Of a stretch of DNA of 36,199 nucleotides, positions 17,715 through 26,580 are shown piece after piece. The DNA is from Myxococcota bacterium. GTDB taxonomy: Bacteria > Myxococcota > UBA4151. Where the stretch lies: NCBI GenBank assembly GCA_036338695.1, contig JAYZBQ010000050.1:1-36199 (forward strand), read 5' to 3'. The notes below the pieces were generated by a model. The model did no database searches. It was not told the DNA's origin and was given only the letters and a program-made list of their open reading frames with translations. Within the stretch, counting starts at the first letter, position 1; the number at the start of each line of letters is the position of its first letter. The position numbers and the translations under genes were made by a program.

Positions 17715-20002
17715 TAGAAGGCCGAGCCGATCGTAAACTCGAGCGCCGAGGGTTCATCGCCCGGGCGCGGCGTGAGCGGATAGCCGACCTCGAGCCGAAG
17801 CGGCCCCATCGGGCTCTGCCACCGAATCCCGTAGCCGACCGAATGCAACAAACCGTAGGGATACCCCGCCTCTGCGCCCTGCAGATAAGGCTCCTGACGA
17901 GCCCAGACGTTGCCGGTGTCGTAGAACGCAACCCCCGTCACCCGTGCGGCCGGGAAGATCGGCACCTCGAGCTCGAAGTTCGCAATGATCTGCTTGTTGC
18001 CCCCTAGCACCTGATCGCTCATCGGGCTGTCGGGCGAGAACCCGAACGGGACTCTCGCCGACGGTCCGACCGAGCGCAGCCGATACCCGCGCAGGCTGTA
18101 GATCCCGCCCGAGAAGTAGTTCTCCTGGGGCATGCTCTGCTTGGAGCCCAAGTAGCCGACCTTCACGCTCGTCTTAAAGACCGCCGCAAGCGGCAGCGGG
18201 ACGTAGCCGCGCAAGGTGGCGTCAAACCGCCAAAACTCGTTCTCCGAGCCGATCAGCGGGTCCGCTCGGTCCAACCCGATCGAGTGGTACATGCCCTTGC
18301 TCGGATACATGCGGTCGTTGCGGCTGTCCCAGGTTGCGCGCAGCCGCAGCGCCGAGGTCAGGCGACGCTGACCAGGGATGACTCCGGGCAGCGGAAACCG
18401 GAGCCGGTCTTCGCTAATCGCGACCGTCTCCCCCATCCAGCCGAGGCTGAGGTGAAGGTAATCACCAAAGAGATAACCACCCGTCAGGCTAGCACCCGTC
18501 GCCGTGCGGATAAAGTTGTAGTAGTCGGTCTCGTTGTCATAGAGGCTCGTCGCCAGCGACCAGCGTGAGTCGAACAGCCGCGGCTCATGGTAGCTGAAAC
18601 TAAAGACCTCACGTAACGACGAGTACTGCGCCTGGAGCGCCATACGCGTCCCGTGACCTAAGAAGTTATCCTGCGTCACCGACGCCATCGCCAGGAAGTT
18701 CTCAGCGCTCGAGAAGCCAAAATTAGCGTTAACCGAGCCCGTGCTCCGCTCTTTCACCTCGACCAGCAACACGATGCGGTCGGGGCTGGTGCCCGGTTGC
18801 TCGGTGATCTGCACTCCATCTTGCTGCTCAAAGAACCCGGTCGCCTGCACGCGCAACTTCGAGGCTTGGATCTTCGACATGGAGTAGAGGTCGCCCTCGC
18901 CGATCTTGAGCTCACGGCGGATCACTTTATCCCGGGTCTTGTAGTTCCCACGGATGATGATGCGTTCCACCGTGACCCGTGGGCCGCGCTGCAACAAAAA
19001 GTCGAGCTTGACGCTCCGCTGAGCACGGTCCTGCCGAGCCTTGGTTCCGACGTTTGCGAAGGCGTAGCCGGCGTCCTTGTAGATGCGCGTCAGCGCGTCG
19101 ATCGAGCGCTGCAATGACCCGGCGCTAAAGGGCTCACCTACCTTGAGCGAGACAAAGCGCCGAAGACGCTGAGCCGGCCGGATCAGCTCACCCGCAAACC
19201 CGAGCGCCCCCAGGGTGTATTGCGGCCCTTCTTGGATCGGGATGGTGATGCGCAGCCCCCGGAGGTCTGGATCCATCGTCACCACGGGCTGTCCAACCTT
19301 GATGTCGAGGTACCCTTTGTCGCGATACACCAACTCGACGAGCTGACGGTCGATGTTCAGCTTCTCTTCGTCGAACAAGCCATCGTCGGTGATGAAGTGC
19401 ATCCACGTGCGCTCTTGCGTCTGCAGACGCGGTTTGATCTCAGACTCAGCGACCTGATCGTTTCCGACCAAGCGCAGGCTGCGAACCAACACCTTTGCGC
19501 CGAGGCTGTAAACGAAGGTGACATCCACCCGAGCGTCGGGTGCTTCGGTGACTCGATAGGTGACCTCGCCGAGGTAATAACCCTGGTCTGACAGCAGCTT
19601 CTTAACCTTCACCAGGCTCCGCCGCAGCGCCGCCTCATCGATCGGGTAACCCGCTTGCACCTCAAGAGCGGCGTCGATCTCTTCGCGATCAACGCCCTCG
19701 AGCCCTTCGTGCTTGATCTCACGCACTGACGGACGCTCGACCACCTTGACCAAGAGGACCAAGTTGTCGCCCTCGAGCACGCGAAAGACGCGCAGGTCGT
19801 CAAACCGCTCTAAGTCCCACAGGGCGCGCAGGTCGGCGGAGAGCCGCGTCGCCGAGAACGCATCGCCGACCTTCGACTTCATCGTCCCAAGCACCGCCTC
19901 GCGCTCGACGCGCAGCAGCCCCTCCACACGGATCTCGGTGATCATCTGCGCCAGAGCGGGCGCAGCCAGCAGGAGCGTGAGGAGGAACGAAGCTTTAGGC
20001 AT
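17714..20002 (-). CDS. bamA: Outer membrane protein assembly factor BamA
   Basis: Signal peptide, POTRA-like repeats (GNYKTRDKVIRREL), NFLGHG, LRGY loop motif, WQSPMGPL and terminal Phe. Confidence 0.95.
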   Translation of the reverse strand: MPKASFLLTLLLAAPALAQMITEIRVEGLLRVEREAVLGTMKSKVGDAFSATRLSADLRALWDLERFDDLRVFRVLEGDNLVLLVKVVERPSVREIKHEGLEGVDREEIDAALEVQAGYPIDEAALRRSLVKVKKLLSDQGYYLGEVTYRVTEAPDARVDVTFVYSLGAKVLVRSLRLVGNDQVAESEIKPRLQTQERTWMHFITDDGLFDEEKLNIDRQLVELVYRDKGYLDIKVGQPVVTMDPDLRGLRITIPIQEGPQYTLGALGFAGELIRPAQRLRRFVSLKVGEPFSAGSLQRSIDALTRIYKDAGYAFANVGTKARQDRAQRSVKLDFLLQRGPRVTVERIIIRGNYKTRDKVIRRELKIGEGDLYSMSKIQASKLRVQATGFFEQQDGVQITEQPGTSPDRIVLLVEVKERSTGSVNANFGFSSAENFLAMASVTQDNFLGHGTRMALQAQYSSLREVFSFSYHEPRLFDSRWSLATSLYDNETDYYNFIRTATGASLTGGYLFGDYLHLSLGWMGETVAISEDRLRFPLPGVIPGQRRLTSALRLRATWDSRNDRMYPSKGMYHSIGLDRADPLIGSENEFWRFDATLRGYVPLPLAAVFKTSVKVGYLGSKQSMPQENYFSGGIYSLRGYRLRSVGPSARVPFGFSPDSPMSDQVLGGNKQIIANFELEVPIFPAARVTGVAFYDTGNVWARQEPYLQGAEAGYPYGLLHSVGYGIRWQSPMGPLRLEVGYPLTPRPGDEPSALEFTIGSAF

Positions 20003-20697
20003 CAGGGATGATCCGCTCCAACATCGGACAGCGCGCCCCCAGCGAGGTGGATCTGGCGCCCCATCCGCTGCGCCAGGCTCGAGTGGTGCGTCGCCACGAC
20101 GGTGGTCAACCCCATCTCCTCGTTCAAGGCAAGCAGAAGCTCATGGATCTCGGCGGCGTTCGCCTCATCAAGGTTACCGGTGGGCTCGTCGGCGAGGAGC
20201 AGGCGCGGGCGCATGATCAGGGCACGCGCCAGCGCCACGCGCTGCTTCTCACCGCCGCTGAGTTCGCCCGGTCGGTGCTGCTGGCGCGCCGCGAGCCCAA
20301 CCCGATCGAGCAGCTCCTGCGCACGGCCTTCGCTGTCGGCCACGCTCAGCCCAGCGATGCGCGCGGGCAGCGCCACGTTCTCCACGGCGCTGAGCTCGGA
20401 GACGAGGTGATGAAACTGGTAGACGAAGCCGACGTGGGCGTTGCGGTGCGCCGCCAGCGCGTCAGAGTCCAAGCCCGTCAGCTCGCGTCCTTCAAAGCGA
20501 AGCTGACCGGCGTCCGGCAGATCCAGCGTGCCCAACAGGTGCAACAGCGTCGACTTACCCGCCCCGGACGCGCCGGTGAGCGACACCATCTCCCCAGCAG
20601 CGAGCGCAAAGTTGACCTGGTCGAGGACCTCGATCCGGCTCCCCTCCATCTCAAAGGCACGCGACAGAGCCACGCACTCCAGCAAGGGCTCAGTCAT
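20002..20697 (-). CDS. lolD: Lipoprotein-releasing ABC transporter ATP-binding protein
   Basis: GASGAGKSTLLHLLGTLD, GFVYQFHHL (LolD motif), LSGGEKQR and ADEPTGNLD. Start reassigned to ATG 20697 (MTEPLL). Confidence 0.93.
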   Translation of the reverse strand: MTEPLLECVALSRAFEMEGSRIEVLDQVNFALAAGEMVSLTGASGAGKSTLLHLLGTLDLPDAGQLRFEGRELTGLDSDALAAHRNAHVGFVYQFHHLVSELSAVENVALPARIAGLSVADSEGRAQELLDRVGLAARQQHRPGELSGGEKQRVALARALIMRPRLLLADEPTGNLDEANAAEIHELLLALNEEMGLTTVVATHHSSLAQRMGRQIHLAGGALSDVGADHP

Positions 20698-22483
20698 AGC
20701 GGATCCCCTCAACGGGACGCAGCCGGCTGGCGTGCCAGGCAGGATATAGCGCAGCCAGGAAGCAGAGCACCAGCGCAGCGATGACGACCACACCCACCTC
20801 GCCCATGCGCAGCTCCACCGGCAGACGATCGATGTAATAGACGGTGGCGTCCAAGTTGACGCCAAACACCTTGATGAGGCCGCAGACACCCAACCCAAGC
20901 GCCGAACCCGCGAGCGTACCGGATAAACCGACAGCAACCCCGTAGCTCACAAAGACGCGCATGATGCCGCGATCGGTTGCGCCCACACTCTTGAGGATGG
21001 CGATCTCTTTGCCTCGCTCGAGAACCACCATGACCAAGGCGGTGATGATGTTCAGGCTCGCCACCAAAACCACGGCGCACAGGATCAGAAACATCACGAT
21101 TTTCTCGAGGCGTAGCGCCTGAAACAGTGGCCGGTTGGCGTCCATCCAGTCGCGCGTGTAGTAGGCTCCGTCGAAGAGCTGACTCATGACCTGCTTGCGG
21201 ATCTGAGCCACCTGCTCCACCTCATCAACACGCAGCTCGAGCCCGGTGATCCGCCCCGGGGCATCGAGGAAGCTCTGCGCCTCCTCGAGCGCCACGTAGG
21301 CGAACTTGGCGTCGTACTCATAAAACCCCGTATGAAAGACCGCTGCGACCTTGAACGAGCGCGCCTTGGGGATCGGACCGGTGGGGCCGAGCTCACCGAG
21401 CGGGTTCACCACCTGAACTACGGTCCCGATCTCAGCGTGCAGCGCCTTCGCCATCTCGCTGCCGATCACGATCCCGGGCGACGCTGCGCCTACCTTCTCG
21501 CCCGGCTGTGCCGTCGGCTCATCGACATCGAGGAAGTCGTCATCCGCCGCGTTGACCTCAGCGGGTCCGGCGTCAGGTGTTGCGTCGACGCCCTCCTCCT
21601 CAGCCCGCAGGTCGGCGAGCATTTTGCGGTACCGGTCCATCGGGTCGGGGATCGCCTCCGGCTTATCGAGAAAACCGAGGTCTCCGCTGCGCAAGCTCTC
21701 TGTGAGCTTACCCATGACCGGAAGGTCGTTCGGCCGAACGCCGCGCAAAACAGCGCCAGAGAGGTTTGAGGGCGAGGTGACCATCACCTCTGAGTACAAA
21801 AACGGGACAACCGACTCGACCCCCTCAACCGTCTTGAGCTGCTCCGACAGCGGCTCATAGTCCGTGAAGTCGTGACCATAGCGAAACACGATCAGGTGCG
21901 GGTTGGCGCCGAGAATCTTGCTTTTGAGGTCGCTCGCAAAGCCGCTCATGACCGACATCACGACGATCATCGCCGAGACCCCCATCGCGACCCCAACCAC
22001 CGAGATCAGGGTGATCACGCTGACCGTCGCCTCACGACGCTTAGAGGTCAGGAACCGACGCGCCAAGGCCAGGCTCCAACCCCAAGGTCCACCACCCGGT
22101 CGCAGCAAATGCGCTGCGCTCGCCAGACTGACTGCGGCGATCGTCCAGACGAGCAAGCCCAACACGATCGCCACCACGCCATAGGGACCGCCGACCAGCT
22201 CGAAGGCTGCCGGAGAGACCGAGGAGCGCATCCACAGCGCGCCCGCCACCCACAGCGACAGCGCCACCACCAAGCTCACGACGGCGCTTCGCATGCGGCT
22301 GCTCCCGAGGTGAAGCGCCACCCCGCTGAGCGCGCCCAGCAGCATTAAGCTCGTCGCCGCCACGGCTGCCAAGCCGTCGCCATAGAACTGTCCGCTTTGA
22401 TCGACCGCAACCAACCCCGCCTTGGCGAGCCCTAGGTTGGCGGCGCCGAGTAAGGCGCCGGTGAGCACAGAGCGGATCATCAA
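20690..22483 (-). CDS. Lipoprotein-releasing ABC transporter permease (LolC/E family) with N-terminal extension
   Basis: LARRFL, ISVVGVAMGV..IVVMSVMSGF, DWMDANRPLFQAL, EIAILKSVGA, VYYIDRLP and YPAWHAS; lies between lysS and lolD. Confidence 0.9.
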   Translation of the reverse strand: MMIRSVLTGALLGAANLGLAKAGLVAVDQSGQFYGDGLAAVAATSLMLLGALSGVALHLGSSRMRSAVVSLVVALSLWVAGALWMRSSVSPAAFELVGGPYGVVAIVLGLLVWTIAAVSLASAAHLLRPGGGPWGWSLALARRFLTSKRREATVSVITLISVVGVAMGVSAMIVVMSVMSGFASDLKSKILGANPHLIVFRYGHDFTDYEPLSEQLKTVEGVESVVPFLYSEVMVTSPSNLSGAVLRGVRPNDLPVMGKLTESLRSGDLGFLDKPEAIPDPMDRYRKMLADLRAEEEGVDATPDAGPAEVNAADDDFLDVDEPTAQPGEKVGAASPGIVIGSEMAKALHAEIGTVVQVVNPLGELGPTGPIPKARSFKVAAVFHTGFYEYDAKFAYVALEEAQSFLDAPGRITGLELRVDEVEQVAQIRKQVMSQLFDGAYYTRDWMDANRPLFQALRLEKIVMFLILCAVVLVASLNIITALVMVVLERGKEIAILKSVGATDRGIMRVFVSYGVAVGLSGTLAGSALGLGVCGLIKVFGVNLDATVYYIDRLPVELRMGEVGVVVIAALVLCFLAALYPAWHASRLRPVEGIRYD

Positions 22484-22491
22484 GAGCCCCG

Positions 22492-24027
22492 CTAGCTCTG
22501 CCGTCGCAGCTGCGGAAAGAGGATCACCTCACGGATCGAGCTGTTGTCGGTCATGAGCATGACCAACCGGTCGATGCCGATCCCCTCCCCCGCGGTCGGC
22601 GGCATGCCGAACTCGAGCGATCGGATGAAGTCCTCGTCGAGCTCATGCGCCTCGTCATCGCCTTTGGCTCGCTCGCCGAGCTGCGCCTCAAAACGCGCAC
22701 GCTGATCATCGGGGTCGTTGAGCTCGGAGAAGGCGTTCGCGAGCTCCATGCGTGCGCAGATCAACTCGAAGCGATCCGTGTAGTTCGGGGCGCCATCCTT
22801 GCGCCGTGCGAGCGGTGACACATCGGTTGGATAATCCGTCACGAAGGTGGGGTTGACCAGGTACGGCTCAGCGCAGTGGTCAAAGAGCTCCATCTGCACC
22901 TTGCCGAGGAGCGTGTCCTCACGCAGCTCGATCCGGTGCTTCGTGCGCGCCAGCTCGATCAAAAACTCGCGATCCTCCACCCGATCCGCCGGGACGCCAG
23001 CGTACTCGATAAGACCATCGAGGACCGTGAGCCGGCGGAAAGGCAGGCTAAAATCGATGCTGAGCACCTCGTCGCTCGCAGAGGGGTGATACCTCACGAC
23101 CTCGGCTCCGTCATGCAAGGAGCGGCAGAGCCCGTTGAGCAGCTGCTCGGTGTGATCGATCATGTCCTCCACGGTGGCGTAGGCTTGATAGAACTCGATC
23201 GAGGTGAACTCAGGGTTATGCCGGACCGAGATGCCCTCGTTGCGGAAGTTCTTCCCCATCTCATAGACCCGCTCCATCCCGCCGACGACCAGCCGCTTGA
23301 GGTGCAGCTCCGTGGCGATCCGCAGCTTGAGGTCCATCTCGAGGGTGTTGTGATGCGTCAGGAATGGACGCGCTGCGGCGCCGCCTGCGACGTCGTGCAG
23401 GCTGGGCGTCTCGACCTCGATGTAGCCGTGATCATCAAAGTAGTTCCGAATGTAGCGGAGCACCTTGGCACGCGCCACGAAGGTATCCTTGACGCTGGGG
23501 TTGACGATCAGATCGACGTAGCGCTGCCGAAAGCGCAGCTCGGAGTCGGTCAAGCCCGCCCACTTCTCGGGCAGGGGACGCAGCGACTTAACGAGCAACC
23601 GAAGCACCTCGACCGAGAGTGTCAGCTCCCCGGTCTTGGTGCGAAAAGGTGCCCCGCGCACGCCTACGTGATCGCCGCGATCCAAGCGGCCGAAGGCAGC
23701 CCACGAGGCCTCATCGGTGGCGTTCTTTCGCAGAAACACCTGCAGATCGCCGTCGCGGCCCCGCAGCTTGATGAACGCCGCTTTACCGAACCGCCTGATC
23801 GCCATCACGCGCCCAGCGATGGTCTGCGTCTCACCGGCCTTCGGCTCGTTTGCGTCTTCGGGTAGATCCCCATACTTCTCGTGGATTTCCCCGAGCGATG
23901 CGCTGCACGTCCAGTCGTTGGGATAAGCCTCTCCTTCGGCGCGAAGCTCATCCAACTTGGCGCGCCGGTGGGCGATCAGCTTCTCCTCGCCGGCGAGATC
24001 GTCGATGGTCTGTGTTTCATCACGCAC
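22492..24027 (-). CDS. lysS: Lysine--tRNA ligase (class II)
   Basis: IAGRVMAIR, RQRYVDL, GGAAARPF, FRNEG, HNPEF and GMPPTAGEGIGIDRL. Start placed at GTG 24027, downstream of a GAGGGGG RBS. Confidence 0.97.
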   Translation of the reverse strand: MRDETQTIDDLAGEEKLIAHRRAKLDELRAEGEAYPNDWTCSASLGEIHEKYGDLPEDANEPKAGETQTIAGRVMAIRRFGKAAFIKLRGRDGDLQVFLRKNATDEASWAAFGRLDRGDHVGVRGAPFRTKTGELTLSVEVLRLLVKSLRPLPEKWAGLTDSELRFRQRYVDLIVNPSVKDTFVARAKVLRYIRNYFDDHGYIEVETPSLHDVAGGAAARPFLTHHNTLEMDLKLRIATELHLKRLVVGGMERVYEMGKNFRNEGISVRHNPEFTSIEFYQAYATVEDMIDHTEQLLNGLCRSLHDGAEVVRYHPSASDEVLSIDFSLPFRRLTVLDGLIEYAGVPADRVEDREFLIELARTKHRIELREDTLLGKVQMELFDHCAEPYLVNPTFVTDYPTDVSPLARRKDGAPNYTDRFELICARMELANAFSELNDPDDQRARFEAQLGERAKGDDEAHELDEDFIRSLEFGMPPTAGEGIGIDRLVMLMTDNSSIREVILFPQLRRQS

Positions 24028-24037
24028 AGGGCACACC

Positions 24038-24069
24038 CCCTCAGAAAGACGCCGGTCTTTGACAGAGGG
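24038..24069 (-). promoter_or_regulatory. Hairpin overlapping the lysS ribosome-binding site
   Basis: Minus strand CCCTC-TGTC-AAAGAC-CGGC-GTCTTT-CT-GAGGG; the 3' arm contains the SD. Confidence 0.4.
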
Positions 24070-24096
24070 TCTACACGGGGTCAACCGTAGGTTGAG

Positions 24097-26406
24097 TCAG
24101 GGGCGGGGTTTCCCGAGCGCTAAAACAGGGGGTATCTGGTCTCTCAAGCCCTGCGCCGTGCTGCACGGCCGCTTGCACACGCCGCGCATGCAGACGAAGG
24201 CGGTCGAGCGCCCCTCGAGCGCCGTCTTCCCCTCAAGCCATGGAACCTCGGCCGCCAGCGCTCGAGCCCTGCGCTCGGATAACTCAAAAACCATTGCGTT
24301 GGGGGCATAGGTTGAGCGGACCACCGAAAACAAATCGCTAGTCGCTCCGGCGTCGGGGTGAACGACGACGAGCTCGAGCGCCTGATCATCGGCTCGCTCA
24401 AGCGCTGCGAGCGCGCCGGTCATCGCGCCGCGCCGCATCCCATCGGCGAGCCCAACAAATGCGCGCTGCGCCGCCGCTGCATACCGGGCATCCCCTGTCA
24501 GCGTCGCCAGCCGAAGGAGGTTGTGCAGTCCGTAGGAATTGCCGGTCGGGATGGCGCCGTCATCATCTGGTTTTTCTCGTACAATATGAGCCTTTTGGTG
24601 ATCAGACGTGCGATACCAAGCGCCGCGAACGTCATCACCAAAATCGTCGTCTTGGATCGCCTGCAAAGCGCGCGCCGCCGTCAACCACCGCGGGTCACCG
24701 TCCGCCTGAACCAGCTCGATTAACCCGTGGATCAAAAAGGCGTAATCGGCGAGGAAGCTCTGCGCCTGCTTTCGGCCGTTATGGGTCGAGTGATGAAGGC
24801 GCCCGTCTGCGGTGCGCATCGTGGCGAGGTGGAAATCGGCTGCGCGGGCTGCAGCCGCAAGGTACCTCGGCTCGCCTAAGACCCAGCTCGCCCGGGCGAG
24901 CGCGCCGATCATCAGCCCATTCCAGTCCACCATCACCTTATCGTCCAGACCCGGCGCGACCCGCTTGGCGCGCGCCGCATAGAGGATGGTTCGAGCGTGG
25001 CTCAGGTGGCGCTTCAACTCGTCGACGCTGAGCTTGAGCTCACGCGCCACGACCTCCTGCGGATGGCGGACCCAGAGGATGTTGCGCCCCTCAAAATTAC
25101 CGGCTCGGGTGACGCCCCAATAAGCGATCACCGAACGCGCCACCTCTTTGGGTAACAGCGACCTGATCTGGTCGAGATCCCAGAGGAAAAAGGTGCCCTC
25201 CTCGCCGTCGGAGTCTGCGTCCGTCGCCGAGTAGAACGCCCCGTCTGAACGCGTCATCTCGCGCAGCACATAATCCAGCGTAAAGCGCACCGTGTTGGCG
25301 AAATCCTGGCGGCCGGTCACCTGATAAGCGGCGAGGAAATCTTGAACCAAGAGCGCGTTATCGTAGAGCATCTTCTCAAAATGAGGGATCAGCCAGCGTT
25401 CATCGACACTGTAGCGATGAAAGCCCCCGCCGAGCTGGTCGTGGATCCCACCGTTCTGGATCTTCTCGAGCGTCCGCACCGCAGCATCCAAGGCCGCCGG
25501 ATCACCGCTCCTGCGGGCGCTGCGCAGCAACAGCTGCACGGGAAAGGACGAGGGGAATTTGGGCTGACCGAGGAGCCCACCCCAGCGCTCGTCGTAGCGC
25601 CTCATCGCCCAGCTGACGACGTCGTCGATGCTGCGCACGCTGACCTCTACGCCCGAAGGGACCGGCTTGAGGTCTTGTGCGATCGCGTCGGCGAGGCGCT
25701 GAGCCTGATGGCGCAACGCACGAGGCTCCTTATCCCAGCGGCTTGCGAGGGTCTTGAGCAAGGTCTGAAACCCGCGCGTCACGCCGCGCACGCCGTCTGG
25801 GGGAAAGTAGGTTCCGGCGAAAAAAGGCAGCCCGTCCGGGTCCGCCCAAACGGTCATCGGCCAGCCGCCGCGGCGGTTCAGCTTGTACACAGCCGCCATG
25901 TACACGCTGTCTAGATCGGGGCGCTCCTCACGGTCGATTTTGATCGGGATGTAGAGCTCGTTGATCAGCTTTGCGATCGCCTCGGACTCAAAGCTCTCTT
26001 CCTCCATCACATGGCACCAGTGACAGGTTGAGTAGCCGACGCTGATCAAGATGGGTCGGTTGAGCCGCCGCGCTTCGGCGAGCGCGTCTTCCCCCCACGG
26101 GCGCCAGTCCACCGGGTTGTGGGCGTGCTGCAGCAGATAAGGGCTCGTTGAGAGGATCAGCCGGTTGATGTACTTGGGCTGACCGTCGCTCCTGAGATGT
26201 TTGGTGCGTGGCGCGTACGCCGCCCCGTGCGCACGAAACGCCTCGCGCAGGCGCGTCACGAGCGCTGGACTGTAGGGTAATGAGCCAGGGTGTAGGATCG
26301 CTCCTCGGCGCGTGTCGGCGCGCAGGTCATCAGGGGTTGGCGATTTTTCAGACGCCGGACATCCCACCATGGCAAGCGACACCATCAGCAAGCGCACCGT
26401 CTGCAT
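24097..26406 (-). CDS. YyaL/SSP411 (DUF255) thioredoxin-domain plus (alpha/alpha)6-barrel protein with a putative lipoprotein signal
   Basis: [56 protein letters not shown] and [12 protein letters not shown]-terminus [11 protein letters not shown]. Confidence 0.93.
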   Translation of the reverse strand: MQTVRLLMVSLAMVGCPASEKSPTPDDLRADTRRGAILHPGSLPYSPALVTRLREAFRAHGAAYAPRTKHLRSDGQPKYINRLILSTSPYLLQHAHNPVDWRPWGEDALAEARRLNRPILISVGYSTCHWCHVMEEESFESEAIAKLINELYIPIKIDREERPDLDSVYMAAVYKLNRRGGWPMTVWADPDGLPFFAGTYFPPDGVRGVTRGFQTLLKTLASRWDKEPRALRHQAQRLADAIAQDLKPVPSGVEVSVRSIDDVVSWAMRRYDERWGGLLGQPKFPSSFPVQLLLRSARRSGDPAALDAAVRTLEKIQNGGIHDQLGGGFHRYSVDERWLIPHFEKMLYDNALLVQDFLAAYQVTGRQDFANTVRFTLDYVLREMTRSDGAFYSATDADSDGEEGTFFLWDLDQIRSLLPKEVARSVIAYWGVTRAGNFEGRNILWVRHPQEVVARELKLSVDELKRHLSHARTILYAARAKRVAPGLDDKVMVDWNGLMIGALARASWVLGEPRYLAAAARAADFHLATMRTADGRLHHSTHNGRKQAQSFLADYAFLIHGLIELVQADGDPRWLTAARALQAIQDDDFGDDVRGAWYRTSDHQKAHIVREKPDDDGAIPTGNSYGLHNLLRLATLTGDARYAAAAQRAFVGLADGMRRGAMTGALAALERADDQALELVVVHPDAGATSDLFSVVRSTYAPNAMVFELSERRARALAAEVPWLEGKTALEGRSTAFVCMRGVCKRPCSTAQGLRDQIPPVLALGKPRP

Positions 26407-26580
26407 CAGCTAACTCCCGTGTGCCGCCCGGTTGGGTGGCCCCTTAGGCATACGTCAAGTCGTGTTCATCCGTCATCTGTCCGAGCAACAGTTTGATGGC
26501 CGCAACACCGGATCGGTCTCACCGAACACCGATTGCAACAGGCAACTCTGCCTTTGGATTTCGAGATTGAGGAGATCATC

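Noticed and set aside
20698..20937. Long N-terminal extensions given by the ORF track for lolD (likewise hldC, oppB, the SBP, lpxK and lysS)
   Set aside because: They overlap upstream genes or lack an RBS; downstream starts give stop/start coupling or clear SD sequences.
24020..24075. TCACGCACAGGGCACACC resembles, from memory, the 5' end of a c-di-GMP-I (Vc2-type) riboswitch
   Set aside because: It is antisense to the lysS start, lacks the downstream GGGACGCAAAG-type core and has no plus-strand gene to control; likely coincidence. An Infernal scan would settle it.
26490..26540. Possible sigma-54 promoter or dyad upstream of the PPC lipoprotein
   Set aside because: TTGC is present but the -24 GG is absent at the required spacing; the short inverted repeats are within chance expectation.
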